From contig CBDCDS010000003.1 of assembly GCA_965215365.1 (NCBI GenBank), positions 256,001-320,000 of the forward strand: a stretch of 64,000 nt of DNA, written 5' to 3'. The notes below the pieces were generated by a model, which did no database searches, was not told where the DNA came from, and was given only the letters and a program-made list of their open reading frames with translations. The position numbers and the translations under genes are program-made. This DNA comes from Gammaproteobacteria bacterium. GTDB lineage: Bacteria > Pseudomonadota > Gammaproteobacteria > Eutrophobiales > Eutrophobiaceae. Shown here in pieces: positions 61,484 through 64,000 of the stretch (the first letter of the stretch is position 1; each line of letters starts with the position of its first letter).

Positions 61484-62410
61484 ATGGAGATCGATTTTCA
61501 GCCAGACTTCAGTAACGATTGCGAGCTGATTGCCGTGGCTATCGCGTTTATCCGGGACAACGCCGTGTGGGAGCCTACGCTTGATGAGGTGGCGGCGCGG
61601 GTGAGCCTGAGCCCCGGGGAGTTGCAGCGCAAGTTTACGGCTTGGGTAGGGGTCGGTCCCGAGCGGTTTTTGGAGTTTCTCACGGTGCAGCACAGCAAGG
61701 CGTTGCTGGATCGATCGGCTGAGGCGCCCCCGGCCGCGCCGGACCCGGGCCGGTCCGGGTCGGGCCGCCGGTATGACCGGCTCGTTACCATGGCAACCGT
61801 TACCCCCGACCAATATCAAACTCTGGGCGACGGTTTGCGCATCCATTACGGCTACCACTACAGTCCGTTCGGGCCGATGTTGCTGGCGCTGACCGATAAC
61901 GGCATCTGTGAGCTGGCGTTCGGCCTTGACTATACGTTGGAGGCAGAAGCAGAAGAACTGGAGAAACGCTGGCCGGGCGCGCAGATTTTTGAGGAGCCGG
62001 AACGCACTGAGACAACCGCCGAGCGGCTGTTCCACCCCGAAGACAGCCGCACACAGGATAGCGACAAAACAGGATTCCGCCTGTTTGTAAAAGGCACCGA
62101 CTTCCAGCTCAACGTCTGGCGGGCGCTGCTCAGGATACCGGCGGGAAGCCTCATCTCCTACAAACAACTGGCACACTTGACCGGCAATCCCGACGCAGTC
62201 AGGGCTACCGCCGCCGCCGTGGGCGCCAACCCGGTCTCCTACCTGATTCCCTGCCACCGCATCCTGCGCGCATCCGGTGAACCGGGGGGTTACCATTGGG
62301 GCATTGAACGCAAGCAAGCCATGATCGCCTGGGATTCAGCGCGTACTGAAGCTTTTAGATCCGGCACAGAAATGGTCACCTCTCACAAACACGAGGTTAC
62401 CAAATGGTAA
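61484..62410 (+). CDS. AraC-type HTH plus methylated-DNA-protein-cysteine methyltransferase (Ada-like)
   Basis: PTLDEVAA..LS..LQRKF; GTDFQ..VW; IPCHR active site. Confidence 0.88.
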   Translation: MEIDFQPDFSNDCELIAVAIAFIRDNAVWEPTLDEVAARVSLSPGELQRKFTAWVGVGPERFLEFLTVQHSKALLDRSAEAPPAAPDPGRSGSGRRYDRLVTMATVTPDQYQTLGDGLRIHYGYHYSPFGPMLLALTDNGICELAFGLDYTLEAEAEELEKRWPGAQIFEEPERTETTAERLFHPEDSRTQDSDKTGFRLFVKGTDFQLNVWRALLRIPAGSLISYKQLAHLTGNPDAVRATAAAVGANPVSYLIPCHRILRASGEPGGYHWGIERKQAMIAWDSARTEAFRSGTEMVTSHKHEVTKW

Positions 62411-62628
62411 CCTCTAAAAATGCCCTCCGTGGCATTTTGTGATGCGTCCCATCCTTGGGACGCCCCCTGCGGGCGTCCTGCGGACGTCCAAATCCGCTCC
62501 GGGCGGATTTGTGAGAAGGAAATGAAAAAATGTGATTTTTCATTTCCTTCATTTTCAAAAACTTACGTGATTAAAAATGGCGGCATATCCTTATGCCGCA
62601 CGGGTGCCTCTAATTTTTAGAGGCACCC
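62406..62628. mobile_element. MITE family B with IS5-like ends and an internal REP-like palindrome
   Basis: GGTAACCTCTAAAAAT ... ATTTTTAGAGGCACCC; several internal hairpins. Confidence 0.6.
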
Positions 62629-62680
62629 AAATATTATAAAACCGGTTGATGTATCATCCAATTGACATTACAATGGCATA

Positions 62681-62884
62681 ATGAGAACTACTATTGATAT
62701 TCCTGACAGGGAGTTGACGGATGCCATGCAGTTCACCAACGCCAAAACCAAGCGTGAGGCTGTGGTGACGGCCATCATTGACTTCAATCAGCGCCAGCGC
62801 ATGGTGCAACTCATAAAACATGCCGGCACTTGTGCGGCGCTAGTCACCGCGGACGCGTTGCAGACACAACGCCGACAGGGTTGA
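62681..62884 (+). CDS. vapB: Type II TA antitoxin
   Basis: MRTTIDI...AKTKREAV. Confidence 0.85.
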   Translation: MRTTIDIPDRELTDAMQFTNAKTKREAVVTAIIDFNQRQRMVQLIKHAGTCAALVTADALQTQRRQG

Positions 62885-62889
62885 TTTAG

Positions 62890-63264
62890 TTGATCCTTGT
62901 TGATAGCTCCTCCTGGATTCATCTGCTTCGTCCCAACGGCGACCCTGCAGTCAGATCCAGGGTTGAACAGGCATTGCGCTCAGGTCAGGCTTGTTGGTGT
63001 CCGCTCATTCAACTGGAACTATGGAATGGTGCTGGCGGTAAGCAGGAGAAAAAAGTTTTACGGGAGTTTGCAACGGTCCTCCCCGAACTCCCGGTTACTG
63101 GCGCTGTTTGGGAAGCAGCCTACGATCTCGCGCGCCGTGCCCGGAAGCGTGGCATCACAATTCCAGCCAGCGATTTGCTCATTGCAGCTTGTGCACGATA
63201 TCACCAGACAGAGCTGGAAACCGCGGACCAGGATTTTGCAAAACTGGAAGTACTAACCACATGA
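62890..63264 (+). CDS. vapC: Type II TA toxin, PIN domain
   Basis: MILVDSSSWI, DLLIAA, DQDF. Confidence 0.88.
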   Translation: MILVDSSSWIHLLRPNGDPAVRSRVEQALRSGQACWCPLIQLELWNGAGGKQEKKVLREFATVLPELPVTGAVWEAAYDLARRARKRGITIPASDLLIAACARYHQTELETADQDFAKLEVLTT

Positions 63265-63276
63265 AAATCAACTGAC

Positions 63277-64000
63277 GTGAAACTGACATTTGTACTGGTG
63301 CATGGTTCCATGCACGACGGTTCCTGCTGGGACCAGGTTATTGCCGAACTCAACCGTCGGGGGCATGTCGCCTACGCGCCGACTATGGCGGGACACGGCG
63401 AGGATGCCGGCAACTTTTTTACCCAAGCTGATTGTGTGGACTCCGTGGTGGATTACATCCTGGCGCGCGACCTTAACGACTTTGTGCTGGCGGGGCACAG
63501 CTTTGCCGGTATCGTTATACCCAACGTGGCTGAGCGGGTGGCCGCGCGCGTCAACCGGGTGGTTTTTCAGAACGCCATGGTGCTGGAAGACGGGGAGTCC
63601 ATCTTCGACGTGATAACGCCAGCACATCAACAGATGTTTGACGCGATAATCAAGAAAGAGGGCGACCGGGCCAACTGGATGTTGCCGTTTGAGGTGTTTC
63701 GGGAAGCGTTCATCAACGATGCCGACCTGGAGACGGCCCGGGAGGTGTATGCCAGACTCAAGCCGGTCTGCGTTTATTCACAGAACGAGAAGATCAACAT
63801 GCAGGGGTTCGGGCGCCTGAAGGTGCCCAGGAGTTACATCAACTTCACTGATGACGTGGTCTTGCCCCACGGCAAGTACGCCTGGTATCCCCGCATGGCG
63901 GCGCGCCTGGGTTTGTGCCGGGTGGTACAGAAACCGGGCAGCCATGAGGTGTGTTACACCAACCCGAAGCTGCTGGCAGAAGCATTGATAGAGGCCGGCA
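63277..64000 (+). CDS. Alpha/beta hydrolase (esterase-like); runs off the window
   Basis: Hand translation from GTG: KLTFVLVHGSMHDGSCW...GHG...LAGHSFAG; not in the ORF track because it has no stop in the window. Confidence 0.85.
   Translation, partial: MKLTFVLVHGSMHDGSCWDQVIAELNRRGHVAYAPTMAGHGEDAGNFFTQADCVDSVVDYILARDLNDFVLAGHSFAGIVIPNVAERVAARVNRVVFQNAMVLEDGESIFDVITPAHQQMFDAIIKKEGDRANWMLPFEVFREAFINDADLETAREVYARLKPVCVYSQNEKINMQGFGRLKVPRSYINFTDDVVLPHGKYAWYPRMAARLGLCRVVQKPGSHEVCYTNPKLLAEALIEAG

Overview
GC-rich proteobacterial chromosome segment, probably Gammaproteobacteria (inferred from the tRNA-Met-miaB-ybeZ-ybeY-corC-lnt order). Housekeeping blocks are hinT/aroG/phoX/fccAB/tusA, the miaB operon, hemE and gltBD. 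They are interrupted by several accessory regions: (1) a type III R-M res/mod pair at the left edge; (2) a 2267-bp tandem amplification (about 2.8 copies) of a STAND/AAA-like ATPase plus an internally deleted IS481-type element; (3) a ~14 kb defence-like island (33.86-47.6 kb); and (4) an RTX protein, duplicated PD-(D/E)XK-like genes, an intact IS481, toxin-antitoxin pairs, MITEs and a collapsed MTase-HNH remnant. The island holds an unusual operon (hypothetical + inactive BrxD-like ATPase + active BrxD-like ATPase + SNF2 helicase), a PHP-ABC ATPase with a Schlafen/AlbA gene, and an NYN nuclease with a structured leader. These are interleaved with four copies of a promoter/length-variable coiled-coil gene/terminator cassette. 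All family assignments come from motif recognition by eye; no database searches were run.
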